In this document: positions 42,433 through 57,400 of the stretch, piece after piece
Layout of the letters: each line of letters opens with the position of its first letter
Numbering within the stretch: the first letter of the stretch is position 1
Assembly: GCF_964355755.1 (NCBI RefSeq)
Contig: NC_092675.1
Coordinates: forward strand, 12,767,812-12,831,811
DNA from: Antedon mediterranea
Lineage: Eukaryota > Animalia > Echinodermata
Reading direction: 5' to 3'
DNA length: 64,000 nt
The notes under the pieces: generated by a model
Told to the model about the DNA's origin: nothing
What the model saw: the letters and a program-made list of their open reading frames with translations, nothing else
Databases searched by the model: none
Translations under genes and position numbers: made by a program

Positions 42433-45400
42433 GACATTTTAGACCAATTTGTGATTTTCTAAAAAACTTATCAACATAAAAACACCAAAGGGTTTAGAAT
42501 ATCTTCAAATCGCATTTGGAGACGTTTTAGACCATTTTGTGATTTTCGAAAAAACTTGTTAACATAAAAACACCAAAGTGCTTAGAATAGCTTCAAATCG
42601 CATTTGGAGACGTTTTAGACCAATTTGTGATTTTCGAAAAAACTTATCAACATAAAAACACCAAAGGGTTTAGAATAGCTTCATTTGGAGACGTTTTAGA
42701 CCATTTTGTGATTTTGAAAAAACTTGTTAACATAAAAACACCAAAGTGCTTAGAATAGCTTCAAATCGCATTTGGAGACGTTTTAGACCATTTTGTGATT
42801 TTCGAAAAAACTTGTTAACATAAAAACACCAAAGTGCTTAGAATAGCTTCAAATCGTATTTGGAGACGTTTTAGACCATTTTGAGATTTTCGAAAAAACT
42901 TGGTTACACAAAAACATCAAAGTGCTTAAAATCACATTATAAACCGTTTTAGACCATTTTGAGCATTTCGATAACACTTTTCACACAAAAACATCAAAGA
43001 GCACAAAATAGCTTAATATCGTATTTAAAAACGTTTTAGACCATTTTGAGAATTTAGACAAAACTTTTTCACACAAAACACCAAAGTGCTTAGAATAGCT
43101 TCAAATCGCATTTGGATACGTTTTAGAACATTTTGGGTTTTTCGAAAAAAACTGTTAACATAAAAACACCAAAGTGCTTAGAATAGCTTCAAATCGCATT
43201 TGGAGACGTTTTAGAACATTTTGTGTTCTTCGAAAAAACCTGTTAACATAAAAACACCAAAGTGCTTAGAATAGCTTCAAATCGCATTTGGAGACGTTTT
43301 AGACCATTTTGTGATTTTTGAAAAAACTTGTTAACATGAAAACACCAAAGTGCTTAGAATAGCTTCAAATCACATTTGGAGACGTTTTAGACCATTTTGT
43401 GATTTTCGAAAAAACTTGTTAACATAAAAACACGAAAGTGGTTAGAATAGCTTCAAATCGCATTTGGAAACGTTTTAGACCATTTTGTGATTTTCGAAAA
43501 AGATTGTTAACATAAAAACACCAAAGTGCTTAGAATCACAATATAAACCGTTTTAGACCATTTTGAGCATTTCGATAACAATTTTCACACAAAAACATCA
43601 AAGAGCACAAAATAGCTTAATATCGTATTTAAAAATGTTTTAGACCATTTTGAGCATTTGGATAAAACTTTTTCACACAAAACACCAAAGTGCTTAGAAT
43701 AGCTTCAAATCGCATTTGGAGACGGTTTAGACCATTTTGTGATTTTGAAAAAACTTGTTAACATAAAAACACCAAAGTGCTTAGAATAGCTTCAAATCGC
43801 ATTTGGAGACGTTTTAGACCATTTTGTGATTTTCGAAAGAACTTGTTAACATAAAAACACAAAAGTGCTTAGAATAGCTTCAAATCGTATTTGGAGACGT
43901 TTTAGACCATTTTGAGATTTTCGAAAAAACTTGGTTACACAAAAACATCAAAGTGCTTAAAATCACATTATAGACCGTTTTAGACCATTTTGAACATTTC
44001 GATAACACTTTTCACACAAAAACATCAAAGAGCACAAAATAGCTTAATATCGTATTTAAAAACGTTTTAGACCATTTTGAGCATTTCGACAAAACTTTTT
44101 CACACAAAACACCAAAGTGCTTAGAATAGCTTCAAATCGCATTTGGAGACGTTTTAGACCAATTTGTGCATTTCGATGAAACTTGATTACACAAAAACAT
44201 CAACGTGCTTAAAATGACATTATAAACCGTTTTAGACCATTTTGAGCATTTCGATAACACTTTTCACACAAAAACATCAAAGAGCACAAAATAGCTTAAT
44301 ATCGTATTTAAAAACGTTTTAGACCATTTTGAGCATTTAGACAAAACTTTTTCACACAAAACACCAAAGTGCTTAGAATAGCTTCAAATCGCATTTGGAG
44401 ACGTTTTAGACCATTTTGTGATTTTTGAAAAAACTTGTTAACATAAAAACACCAAAGTGCTTAGAATAGCTTCAAATCACATTTGGAGACGTTTTAGACC
44501 ATTTTGTGATTTTCGAAAAAACTTGTTAACATAAAAACACCAAAGTGCTTAGAATAGCTTCAAATCGTATTTGGAGACGTTTTAGACCATTTTGTGATTT
44601 TGAAAAAACTTGGTTACACAAAAACATCAAAGTGCTTAAAATCACATTATAAACCGTTTTAGACCATTTTGAACATTTCGATAACACTTTTCACACAAAA
44701 ACATCAAAGAGCACAAAATAGCTTAATATCGTATTTAAAAACGTTTTAGACCATTTTGAGCATTTCGACAAAACTTTTTCACACAAAACACCAAAGTGCT
44801 TAGAATAGCTTCAAATCGCATTTGGAGACGTTTTAGACCAATTTGTGCATTTCGATGAAACTTGATTACACAAAAACATCAAAGTGCTTAAAATCACATT
44901 ATAAACCGTTTTAGACCATTTTGAGCATTTCGATAACACTTTTCACACAAAAACATCAAAGAGCACAAAATAGCTTAATATCGTATTTAAAAACGTTTTA
45001 GACCATTTTGAGCATTTAGACAAAACTTTTTCAGACAAAACACCAAAGTGCTTAGAATAGCTTCAAATCGCATTTGGAGACGTTTTAGACCATTTTGTGC
45101 ATTTCGATGAAACTTGGTTACACAAAAACATCAAAGTGCTTAAAATCACATTATAAATCGTTTTAGACCATTTTGAGCATTTCGACAAAACTTTTTCACA
45201 CAAAATACCAAAGTGCTTAGAATAGCTTCAAATCGCATTTGGAGACGTTTTAGACCATTTTGTGATTTTCGAAAAAACTTTTTAACATAAAAACACCAAA
45301 GTGCTTAGAATAGCTTCAAATCACATTTGGAGACATTTTAGACCATAAGTGCTTAGAATCACATTATAAACCGTTTTAGACCATTTTGAGCATTTCGATA

Positions 45401-48400
45401 ACAATTTTCACACAAAAACATCAAAGAGCACAAAATAGCTTAATATCGTATTTAAAAATGTTTTAGACCATTTTGAGCATTTAGATAAAACTTTTTCACA
45501 CAAAACACCAAAGTGCTTAGAATAGCTTCAAATCGCATTTGGAGACGTTTTAGACCAATTTGTGATTTTTGAAAAAACTTGTTAACATAAAAACACCAAA
45601 GTGCTTAGAATAGCTTCAAATCACATTTGGAGACGTTTTAGACCATTTTGTGATTTTGAACAAACTTGTTAACATAAAAACACCAAAGTGCTTAGAATAG
45701 CTTCAAATCGTATTTGGAGACGTTTTAGACCATTTTGAGATTTTCGAAAAAACTTGGTTACACAAAAACATCAAAGTGCTTAAAATCACATTATAAACCG
45801 TTTTAGACCATTTTGAGCATTTCGATAACACTTTTCACACAAAAACATCAAAGAGCACAAAATAGCTTAATATCGTATTTAAAAACGTTTTAGACCATTT
45901 TGAGCATTTCGACAAAACTTTTTCACACAAAACACCAAAGTGCTTAGAATAGCTTCAAATCGCATTTGGAGACGTTTTAGACCAATTTGTGCATTTCGAT
46001 GAAACTTGATTACACAAAAACATCAAAGTGCTTAAAATCACATTATAAACCGTTTTAGACCATTTTGAGCATTTCGATAACACTTTTCACACAAAAACAT
46101 CAAAGAGCACAAAATAGCTTAATATCGTATTTAAAAACGTTTTAGACCATTTTGAGCATTTAGACAAAACTTTTTCACACAAAACACCAAAGTGCTTAGA
46201 ATAGCTTCAAATCGCATTTGGAGACGTTTTAGACCATTTTGTGCATTTCGATGAAACTTGGTTACACAAAAACATCAAAGTGCTTAAAATCACATTATAA
46301 ATCGTTTTAGACCATTTTGTGATTTTCGAAAAAACTTTTTAACATAAAAACACCAAAGTGCTTAGAATAGCTTCAAATCACATTTGGAGACATTTTAGAC
46401 CATTTTGTGATTTTCGAAAAAACTTGTTAACATAAAAACACGAAAGTGCTTAGAATAGCTTCAAATCGCATTTGGAAACGTTTTAGACCATTTTGTGATT
46501 TTCGAAAAAACTTTTTAACATAAAAACACGAAAGTGCTTAGAATCACATTATAAACCGTTTTAGACCATTTTGAGCATTTCGATAACAATTTTCACACAA
46601 AAACATCAAAGAGCACAAAATAGCTTAATATCGTATTTAAAAATGTTTTAGACCATTTTGAGCATTTAGATAAAACTTTTTCACACAAAACACCAAAGTG
46701 CTTAGAATAGCTTCAAATCGCATTTGGAGACGTTTTAGACCATTTTGTGATTTTTGAAAAAACTTGTTAACATAAAAATACCAAAGTGCTTAGAATAGCT
46801 TCAAATCACATTTGGAGATGTTTTAGACCATTTTGTGATTTTTGAAAAAACTTGTTAACATAAAAACACCAAAGTGCTTAGAATAGCTTCAAATCACATT
46901 TGGAGACGTTTTAGACCATTTTGTGATTTTCGAAAAAACTTGTTAACATAAAAACACGAAAGTGCTTAGAATAGCTTCAAATCGCATTTGGAAACGTTTT
47001 AGACCATTTTGTGATTTTCAAAAAAGATTGTTAACATAAAAACACCAAAGTGCTTAGAATCACAATATAAACCGTTTTAGACCATTTTGAGCATTTCGAT
47101 AACAATTTTCACACAAAAACATCAAAGAGCACAAAATAGCTTAATATCGTATTTAAAAATGTTTTAGACCATTTTGAGCATTTAGATAAAACTTTTTCAC
47201 ACAAAACACCAAAGTGCTTAGAATAGCTTCAAATCGCATTTGGAGACGGTTTAGACCATTTTGTGATTTTGAAAAAACTTGTTAACATAAAAACACCAAA
47301 GTGCTTAGAATAGCTTCAAATCGTATTTGGAGACGTTTTAGACAATTTTGAGATTTTCGAAAAAACTTGGTTACACAAAAACATCAAAGTGCTTAAAATC
47401 ACATTATAAACCGTTTTAGACCATTTTGAACATTTCGATAACACTTTTCACACAAAAACATCAAAGAGCACAAAATAGCTTAATATCGTATTTAAAAACG
47501 TTTTAGACCATTTTGAGCATTTCGACAAAACTTTTTCACACAAAACACCAAAGTGCTTAGAATAGCTTCAAATCGCATTTGGAGACGTTTTAGACCAATT
47601 TGTGCATTTCGATGAAACTTGATTACACAAAAACATCAACGTGCTTAAAATCACATTATAAACCGTTTTAGACCATTTTGAGCATTTCGATAACACTTTT
47701 CACACAAAAACATCAAAGAGCACAAAATAGCTTAATATCGTATTTAAAAACGTTTTAGACCATTTTGAGCATTTAGACAAAACTTTTTCACACAAAACAC
47801 CAAAGTGCTTAGAATAGCTTCAAATCGCATTTGGAGACGTTTTAGACCATTTTGTGCATTTCGATGAAACTTGGTTACACAAAAACATCAAAGTGCTTAA
47901 AATCACATTATAAATCGTTTTAGACCATTTTGAGCATTTCGACAAAACTTTTTCACACCAAATACCAAAGGGCTTAGAATAGCTTCAAATCTTATTTGGA
48001 GACGTTTTAGACCATTTTGTGATTTTCGAAAAAACTTTTTAACATAAAAACACCAAAGTGCTTAGAATAGCTTCAAATCACATTTGGAGACGTTTTAGAC
48101 CATTTTGTGATTTTCGAAAAAACTTGTTAACATAAAAACACGAAAGTGCTTAGAATAGTTTCAAATCGCATTTGGAAACGTTTTAGACCATTTTGTGATT
48201 TTCGAAAAAAATTGTTAACATAAAAACACCAAAGTGCTTAGAATCACATTATAAACCGTTTTAGACCATTTTGAGCATTTCGATAACAATTTTCACACAA
48301 AAACATCAAAGAGCACAAAATAGCTTAATATCGTATTTAAAAATGTTTTAGACCATTTTGAGCATTTGGATAAAACTTTTTCACACAAAACACCAAAGTG

Positions 48401-51400
48401 CTTAGAATAGCTTCAAATCGCATTTGGAGACCTTTTAGACCATTTTGTGATTTTTGAAAAAACTTGTTAACATAAAAACACCAAAGTGCTTAGAATAGCT
48501 TCAAATCACATTTGGAGACGTTTTAGACCATTTTGTGATTTTCGAAAAAACTTGTTAACATAAAAACACGAAAGTGCTTAGAATAGCTTCAAATCGCATT
48601 TGGAAACGTTTTAGACCATTTTGTGATTTTTGAAAAAACTTGTTAACATAAAAACACCAAAGTGCTTAGAATAGCTTCAAATCACATTTGGAGACGTTTT
48701 AGACCATTTTGTGATTTTCGAAAAAACTTGTTAACATAAAAACACGAAAGTGCTTAGAATAGCTTCAAATCGCATTTGGAAACGTTTTAGACCATTTTGT
48801 GATTTTCGAAAAAACTTGTTAACATAAAAACACGAAAGTGCTTAGAATAGCTTCAAATCGCATTTGGAAACGTTTTAGACCATTTTGTGATTTTCGAAAA
48901 AAATTGTTAACATAAAAACACCAAAGTGTTTAGAATAGCTTCAAATCGCATTTGGAGACGTTTTAGACCAATTTGTGATTTTCGAAAAAACTTATCAACA
49001 TAAAAACACCAAAGGGATTAGAATAGCTTCAAATCGCATTTGGAGACGTTTTAGACCATTTTGTGATTTTGAAAAAACTTGTTAACATAAAAACACCAAA
49101 GTGCTTAGAATAGCTTCAAATCGCATTTGGAGACGTTTTAGACCATTTTGTGATTTTCGAAAAAACTTGTTAACATAAAAACACCAAAGTGCTTAGAATA
49201 GCTTCAAATCGTATTTGGAGACGTTTTAGACTATTTTGAGATTTTCGAAAAAACTTGGTTACACAAAAACATCAAAGTGCTTAAAATCACATTATAAACC
49301 GTTTTAGACCATTTTGAGCATTTCGATAACACTTTTCACACAAAAACATCAAAGAGCACAAAATAGCTTAATATCGTATTTAAAAACGTTTTAGACCATT
49401 TTGAGCAATTCGACAAAACTTTTTCACACAAAACACCAAAGTGCTTAGAATAGCTTCAAATCGCATTTGGAGACGTTTTAGACCAATTTGTGCATTTCGA
49501 TGAAACTTGATTACACAAAAACATCAAAGTGCTTAAAATCACATTATAAACCGTTTTAGACCATTTTGAGCATTTCGATAACACTTTTCACACAAAAACA
49601 TCAAAGAGCACAAAATAGCTTAATATCGTATTTAAAAACGTTTTAGACCATTTTGAGCATTTAGACAAAACTTTTTCACACAAAACACCAAAGTGCTTAG
49701 AATAGCTTCAAATCGCATTTGGAGACGTTTTAGACCATTTTGTGCATTTCGATGAAACTTGGTTACACAAAAACATCAAAGTGCTTAAAATCACATTATA
49801 AATCGTTTTAGACCATTTTGAGCATTTCGACAAAACTTTTTCACACAAAATACCAAAGTGCTTAGAATAGCTTCAAATCGCATTTGGAGACGTTTTAGAC
49901 CATTTTGTGATTTTCGAAAAAACTTTTTAACATAAAAACACCAAAGTGCTTAGAATAGCTTCAAATCACATTTGGAGACGTTTTAGACCATAAGTGCTTA
50001 GAATCACATTATAAACCGTTTTAGACCATTTTGAGCATTTCGATAACAATTTTAACACAAAAACATCAAAGAGCACAAAATAGCTTAATATCGTATTTAA
50101 AAATGTTTTAGACCATTTTGAGCATTTAGATAAAACTTTTTCACACAAAACACCAAAGTGCTTAGAATAGCTTCAAATCGCATTTGGAGACGTTTTAGAC
50201 CAATTTGTGATTTTTGAAAAAACTTGTTAACATAAAATCACCAAAGTGCTTAGAATAGCTTCAAATCACATTTGGAGACGTTTTAGACCATTTTGTGATT
50301 TTGAACAAACTTGTTAACATAAAAACACCAAAGTGCTTAGAATAGCTTCAAATCGCATTTGGAGACGTTTTAGACCATTTTGTGATTTTCGAAAAAACTT
50401 GTTAACATAAAAACACGAAAGTGCTTAGAATAGCTTCAAATCGCATTTGGAAACGTTTTAGACCATTTTGTGATTTTCGAAAAAAATTGTTAACATAAAA
50501 ACACCAAAGTGCTTAGAATCACATTATAAACCGTTTTAGACCATTTTGAGCATTTCGATAACAATTTTCACACAAAAACATCAAAGAGCACAAAATAGCT
50601 TAATATCGTATTTAAAAATGTTTTAGACCATTTTGAGCATTTAGATAAAACTTTTTCACACAAAACACCAAAGTGCTTAGAATAGCTTCAAATCGCATTT
50701 GGAGACGTTTTAGACCATTTTGTGATTTTTGAAAAAACTTGTTAACATAAAAACACCAAAGTGCTTAGAATAGCTTCAAATCACATTTGGAGACGTTTTA
50801 GACCATTTTGTGATTTTCGAAAAAACTTTTTAACATAAAAACACCAAAGTGCTTAGAATAGCTTCAAATCACATTTGGAGACGTTTTAGACCATTTTGTG
50901 CATTTCGAAGGAACTTGGTTACACAAAAACATCAAAGTGCTTAAAATCACATTATAAATCGTTTTAGACCATTTTGAGCATTTCGACAAAACTTTTTCAC
51001 ACAAAATACAAAAGTGCTTAGAATAGCTTCAAATCGCATTTGGAGACGTTTTAGACCATTTTGTGATTTTCGAAAAAACTTTTTAACATAAAAACACCAA
51101 AGTGCTTAGAATAGCTTCAAATCACATTTGGAGACGTTTTAGACCATTTTGTGATTTTCGAAAAAACTTGTTAACATAAAAACACGAAAGTGCTTAGAAT
51201 AGCTTCAAATCGCATTTGGAGACGTTTTAGACCATTTTGTGATTTTTGAAAAAACTTGTTAACATAAAAACACCAAAGTGCTTAGAATAGCTTCAAATCA
51301 CATTTGGAGATGTTTTAGACCATTTTGTGATTTTTGAAAAAACTTGTTAACATAAAAACACGAAAGTGCTTAGAATAGCTTCAAATCACATTTGGAGACG

Positions 51401-54400
51401 TTTTAGACCATTTTGTGATTTTTGAAAAAACTTGTTAACATAAAAACACGAAAGTGCTTAGAATAGCTTCAAATCGCATTTGGAAACGTTTTAGACCATT
51501 TTGTGATTTTCGAAAAAGATTGTTAACATAAAAACACCAATGTGCTTAGAATCACATTATAAACCGTTTTAGACCATTTTGAGCATTTCGATAACAATTT
51601 TCACACAAAAACATCAAAGAGCACAAAATAGCTTAATATCGTATTTATAAATGTTTTAGACCATTTTGAGCATTTCGACAAAACTTTTTCACACAAAACA
51701 CCAAAGTGCTTAGAATAGCTTCAAATCGCATTTGGAGACGTTTTTTTATACCATTTTGTGATTTCGATGAAACTTGATTACACAAAAACATCAAAGTGCT
51801 TAAAATCACATTATAAACCGTTTTAGACCATTTTGAGCATTTCGATAACACTTTTCACACAAAAACATCAAAGAGCACAAAATAGCTTAATATCGTATTT
51901 AAAAACGTTTTAGACCATTTTGAGCTTTTAGACAAAACTTTTTCACACAAAACACCAAAGTGCTTAGAATAGCTTCAAATCGCATTTGGAGACGTTTTAG
52001 AACATTTTGTGTTTTTCGAAAAAAACTGTTAACATAAAAACACCAAAGTGCTTAGAATAGCTTCAAATCGCATTTGGAGACGTTTTAGAACATTTTGTGT
52101 TCTTCGAAAAAACCTGTTAACATAAAAACACCAAAGTGCTTAGAATAGCTTCAAATCGCATTTGGAGACGTTTTAGACCATTTTGTGATTTTTGAAAAAA
52201 CCTGTTAACATAAAAACACCAAAGTGCTTAGAATAGCTTCAAATCACATTTGGAGACGTTTTAGACCATTTTGTGATTTTCGAAAAAACTTGTTAACATA
52301 AAAACACGAAAGTGCTTAGAATAGCTTCAAATCGCATTTGGAAACGTTTTAGACCATTTTGTGATTTTCGAAAAAGATTGTTAACATAAAAACACCAAAG
52401 TGCTTAGAATCACAATATAAACCGTTTTAGACCATTTTGAGCATTTCGATAACAATTTTCACACAAAAACATCAAAGAGCACAAAATAGCTTAATATCGT
52501 ATTTAAAAATGTTTTAGACCATTTTGAGCATTTAGATAAAACTTTTTCACACAAAACACCAAAGTGCTTAGAATAGCTTCAAATCGCATTTGGAGACGGT
52601 TTAGACCATTTTGTGATTTTGAAAAAACTTGTTAACATAAAAACACCAAAGTGCTTAGAATAGCTTCAAATCGCATTTGGAGACGTTTTAGACCATTTTG
52701 TGATTTTCGAAAAAACTTGTTAACATAAAAACACCAAAGTGCTTAGAATAGCTTCAAATCGTATTTGGAGACGTTTTAGACCATCTTGAGATTTTCGAAA
52801 AAACTTGGTTACACAAAAACATCAAAGTGCTTAAAATCACATTATAAACCGTTTTAGACCATTTTGAACATTTCGATAACACTTTTCACACAAAAACATC
52901 AAAGAGCACAAAATAGCTTAATATCGTATTTAAAAACGTTTTAGACCATTTTGAGCATTTCGACAAAACTTTTTCACACAAAAACATCAAAGAGCACAAA
53001 ATAGCTTAATATCGTATTTAAAAACGTTTTAGACCATTTTGAGCATTTAGACAAAACTTTTTCACACAAAACACCAAAGTGCTTAGAATAGCTTCAAATC
53101 GCATTTGGAGACGTTTTAGACCATTTTGTGCATTTCGATGAAACTTGGTTACACAAAAACATCAAAGTGCTTAAAATCACATTATAAATCGTTTTAGACC
53201 CTTTTGAGCATTTCGACAAAACTTTTTCACACAAAATACCAAAGGGCTTAGAATAGCTTCAAATCGCATTTGGAGACGTTTTAGACCATTTTGTGATTTT
53301 CGAAAAAACTTTTTAACATAAAAAGACCAAAGTGCTTAGAATAGCTTCAAATCACATTTGGAGACGTTTTAGACCATTTTGTGATTTTCGAAAAAACTTG
53401 TTAACATAAAAACACGAAAGTGCTTAGAATAGCTTCAAATCGCATTTGGAAACGTTTTAGACCATTTTGTGATTTTCGAAAAAAATTGTTAACATAAAAA
53501 CACCAAAGTGCTTAGAATCACATTATAAACCGTTTTAGACCATTTTGAGCATTTCGATAACAATTTTCACACAAAAACATCAAAGAGCACAAAATAGCTT
53601 AATATCGTATTTAAAAATGTTTTAGACCATTTTGAGCATTTAGATAAATCTGTTTCACACAAAACACCAAAGTGCTTAGAATAGCTTCAAATCGCATTTG
53701 GAGACGTTTTAGACCATTTTGTGATTTTTGAAAAAACTTGTTAACATAAAAACACCAAAGTGCTTAGAATAGCTTCAAATCACATTTGGAGACGTTTTAG
53801 ACCATTTTGTGATTTTCGAAAAAACTTGTTAACATAAAAACACGAAAGTGCTTAGAATAGCTTCAAATCGCATTTGGAAACGTTTTAGACCATTTTGTGA
53901 TTTTCGAAAAAACTTGTTAACATAAAAACACGAAAGTGCTTAGAATAGCTTTAAATCGCATTTGGAAACGTTTTAGACCATTTTGTGATTTTCGAAAAAA
54001 ATTGTTAACATAAAAACACCAAAGTGTTTAGAATAGCTTCAAATCGCATTTGGAGACGTTTTAGACCAATTTGTGATTTTCGAAAAAACTTATCAACATA
54101 AAAACACCAAAGGGTTTAGAATAGCTTCAAATCGCATTTGGAGACGTTTTAGACCATTTTGTGATTTTGAAAAAACTTGTTAACATAAAAACACCAAAGT
54201 GCTTAGAATAGCTTCAAATCGCATTTGGAGACGTTTTAGACCATTTTGTGATTTTCGAAAAAACTTGTTAACATAAAAACACCAAAGTGCTTAGAATAGC
54301 TTCAAATCGTATTTGGAGACGTTTTAGACCATTTTGAGATTTTCGAAAAAACTTGGTTACACAAAAACATCAAAGTGCTTAAAATCACATTATAAACCGT

Positions 54401-57400
54401 TTTAGACCATTTTGAACATTTCGATAACACTTTTCACACAAAAACATCAAAGAGCACAAAATAGCTTAATATCGTATTTAAAAACGTTTTAGACCATTTT
54501 GAGCATTTCGACAAAACTTTTTCACACAAAACACCAAAGTGCTTAGAATAGCTTCAAATCGCATTTGGAGACGTTTTAGACCAATTTGTGCATTTCGATG
54601 AAACTTGATTACACAAAAACATCAAAGTGCTTAAAATCACATTATAAACCGTTTTAGACCATTTTGAGCATTTCGATAACACTTTTCACACAAAAACATC
54701 AAAGAGCACAAAATAGCTTAATATCGTATTTAAAAACGTTTTAGACCATTTTGAGCATTTAGACAAAACTTTTTCACACAAAACACCAAAGTGCTTAGAA
54801 TAGCTTCAAATCGCATTTGGAGACGTTTTAGACCATTTTGTGATTTTTGAAAAAACTTGTTAACATAAAAACACCAAAGTGCTTAGAATAGCTTCAAATC
54901 ACATTTGGAGACGTTTTAGACCATTTTGTGATTTTCGAAAAAACTTGTTAACATAAAAACACGAAAGTGCTTAGAATAGCTTCAAATCGCATTTGGAAAC
55001 GTTTTAGACCATTTTGTGATTTTCGAAAAAACTTGTTAACATAAAAACACGAAAGTGCTTAGAATCACATTATAAACCGTTTTAGACCATTTTGAGCATT
55101 TCGATAACAATTTTCACACAAAAACATCAAAGAGCACAAAATAGCTTAATATCGTATTTAAAAATGTTTTAGACCATTTTGAGCATTTGGATAAAACTTT
55201 TTCACACAAAACACCAAAGTGCTTAGAATAGCTTCAAATCGCATTTGGAGACGTTTTAGACCATTTTGTGATTTTTGAAAAAACTTGTTAACATAAAAAC
55301 ACCAAAGTGCTTAGAATAGCTTCAAATCACATTTGAAGATGTTTTAGACCATTTTGTGATTTTTGAAAAAACTTGTTAACATAAAAACACGAAAGTGCTT
55401 AGAATAGCTTCAAATCACATTTGGAGACGTTTTAGACCATTTTGTGATTTTTGAAAAAACTTGTTAACATAAAAACACTAAAGTGCTTAGAATAGCTTCA
55501 AATCGCATTTGGAAACGTTTTAGACCATTTTGTGATTTTCGAAAAAGATTGTTAACATAAAAACACTAATGTGCTTAGAATCACATTATAAACCGTTTTA
55601 GACCATTTTGAGCATTTCGATAACAATTTTCACACAAAAACATCAAAGAGCACAAAATAACTTAATATCGTATTTATAAATGTTTTAGACCATTTTGAGC
55701 ATTTCGACAAAACTTTTTCACACAAAACACCAAAGTGCTTAGAATAGCTTCAAATCGCATTTGGAGACGTTTTAGACCATTTTGTGATTTCGATGAAACT
55801 TGATTACACAAAAACATCAAAGTGCTTAAAATCACATTATAAACCATTTTAGACCATTTTGAGCATTTCGATAACACTTTTCACACAAAAACATCAAAGA
55901 GCAAAAAATAGCTTAATATCGTATTTAAAAACGTTTTAGACCATTTTGAGCATTTAGACAAAACTTTTTCACACAAAACACCAAAGTGCTTAGAATAGCT
56001 TCAAATCGCATTTGGAGACGTTTTAGAACATTTTGTGTTTTTCGAAAAAAACTGGTAACATAAAAACACCAAAGTGCTTAGAATAGCTTCAAATCGCATT
56101 TGGAGACGTTTTAGAACATTTTGTGTTCTTCGAAAAAACCTGTTAACATAAAAACACCAAAGTGCTTAGAATAGCTTCAAATCGCATTTGGAGACGTTTT
56201 AGACCATTTTGTGATTTTTGAAAAAACTTGTTAACATAAAAACACCAAAGTGCTTAGAATAGCTTCAAATCACATTTGGAGACGTTTTAGACCATTTTGT
56301 GATTTTCGAAAAAACTTGTTAACATAAAAACACCAAAGTGCTTAGAATAGCGTCAAATCGTATTTGGAGACGTTTTAGACCATTTTGTGATTTTCGAAAA
56401 AACTTGTTAACATAAAAACACCAAAGTGCTTAGAATAGCTTCAAATCGCATTTGGAGACGGTTTAGACCATTTTATGATTTTGAAAAAACTTGTTAACAT
56501 AAAAACACCAAAGTGCTTAGAATAGCTTCAAATCGCATTTGGAGACGTTTTAGACCATTTTGTGATTTTCGAAAAAACTTGTTAACATAAAAACACCAAA
56601 GTGCTTAGAATAGCTTCAAATCGTATTTGGAGACGTTTTAGACCATTTTGAGATTTTCGAAAAAACTTGGTTACACAAAAACATCAAAGTGCTTAAAATC
56701 ACATTATAAACCGTTTTAGACCATTTTGAGCATTTCAATAACACTTTTCACACAAAAACATCAAAGAGCACAAAATAGCTTAATATCGTATTTAAAAACG
56801 TTTTAGACCATTTTGAGCATTTCGACAAAACTTTTTCACACAAAACACCAAAGTGCTTAGAATAGCTTCAAATCGCATTTGGAGACGTTTTAAACCAATT
56901 TGTGCATTTCGATGAAACTTGATTACACAAAAACATCAAAGTGCTTAAAATCACATTATAAACCAATTTAGACCATTTTGAGCATTTCGATAACACTTTT
57001 CACACAAAAACATCAAAGAGCACAAAATAGCTTAATATCGTATTTAAAAACGTTTTAGACCATTTTGAGCATTTCGACAAAACTTTTTCACACAAAACAC
57101 CAAAGTGCTTAGAATAGCTTCAAATCGCATTTGGAGACGTTTTAGACCAATTTGTGCATTTCGATGAAACTTGATTACACAAAAACATCAAAGTGCTTAA
57201 AATCACATTATAAACCGTTTTAGACCATTTTGAGCATTTCGATAACACTTTTCACACAAAAACATCAAAGAGCACAAAATAGCTTAATATCGTATTTAAA
57301 AACGTTTTAGACCATTTTGAGCATTTAGACAAAACTTTTTCACACAAAACACCAAAGTGCTTAGAATAGCTTCAAATCGCATTTGGAGACGTTTTAGACC

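Noticed and set aside
49966-50148. 60-aa minus-strand ORF
   Set aside because: It is a chance frame across D, C and the 38-bp mini-monomer, with no evidence of coding function.
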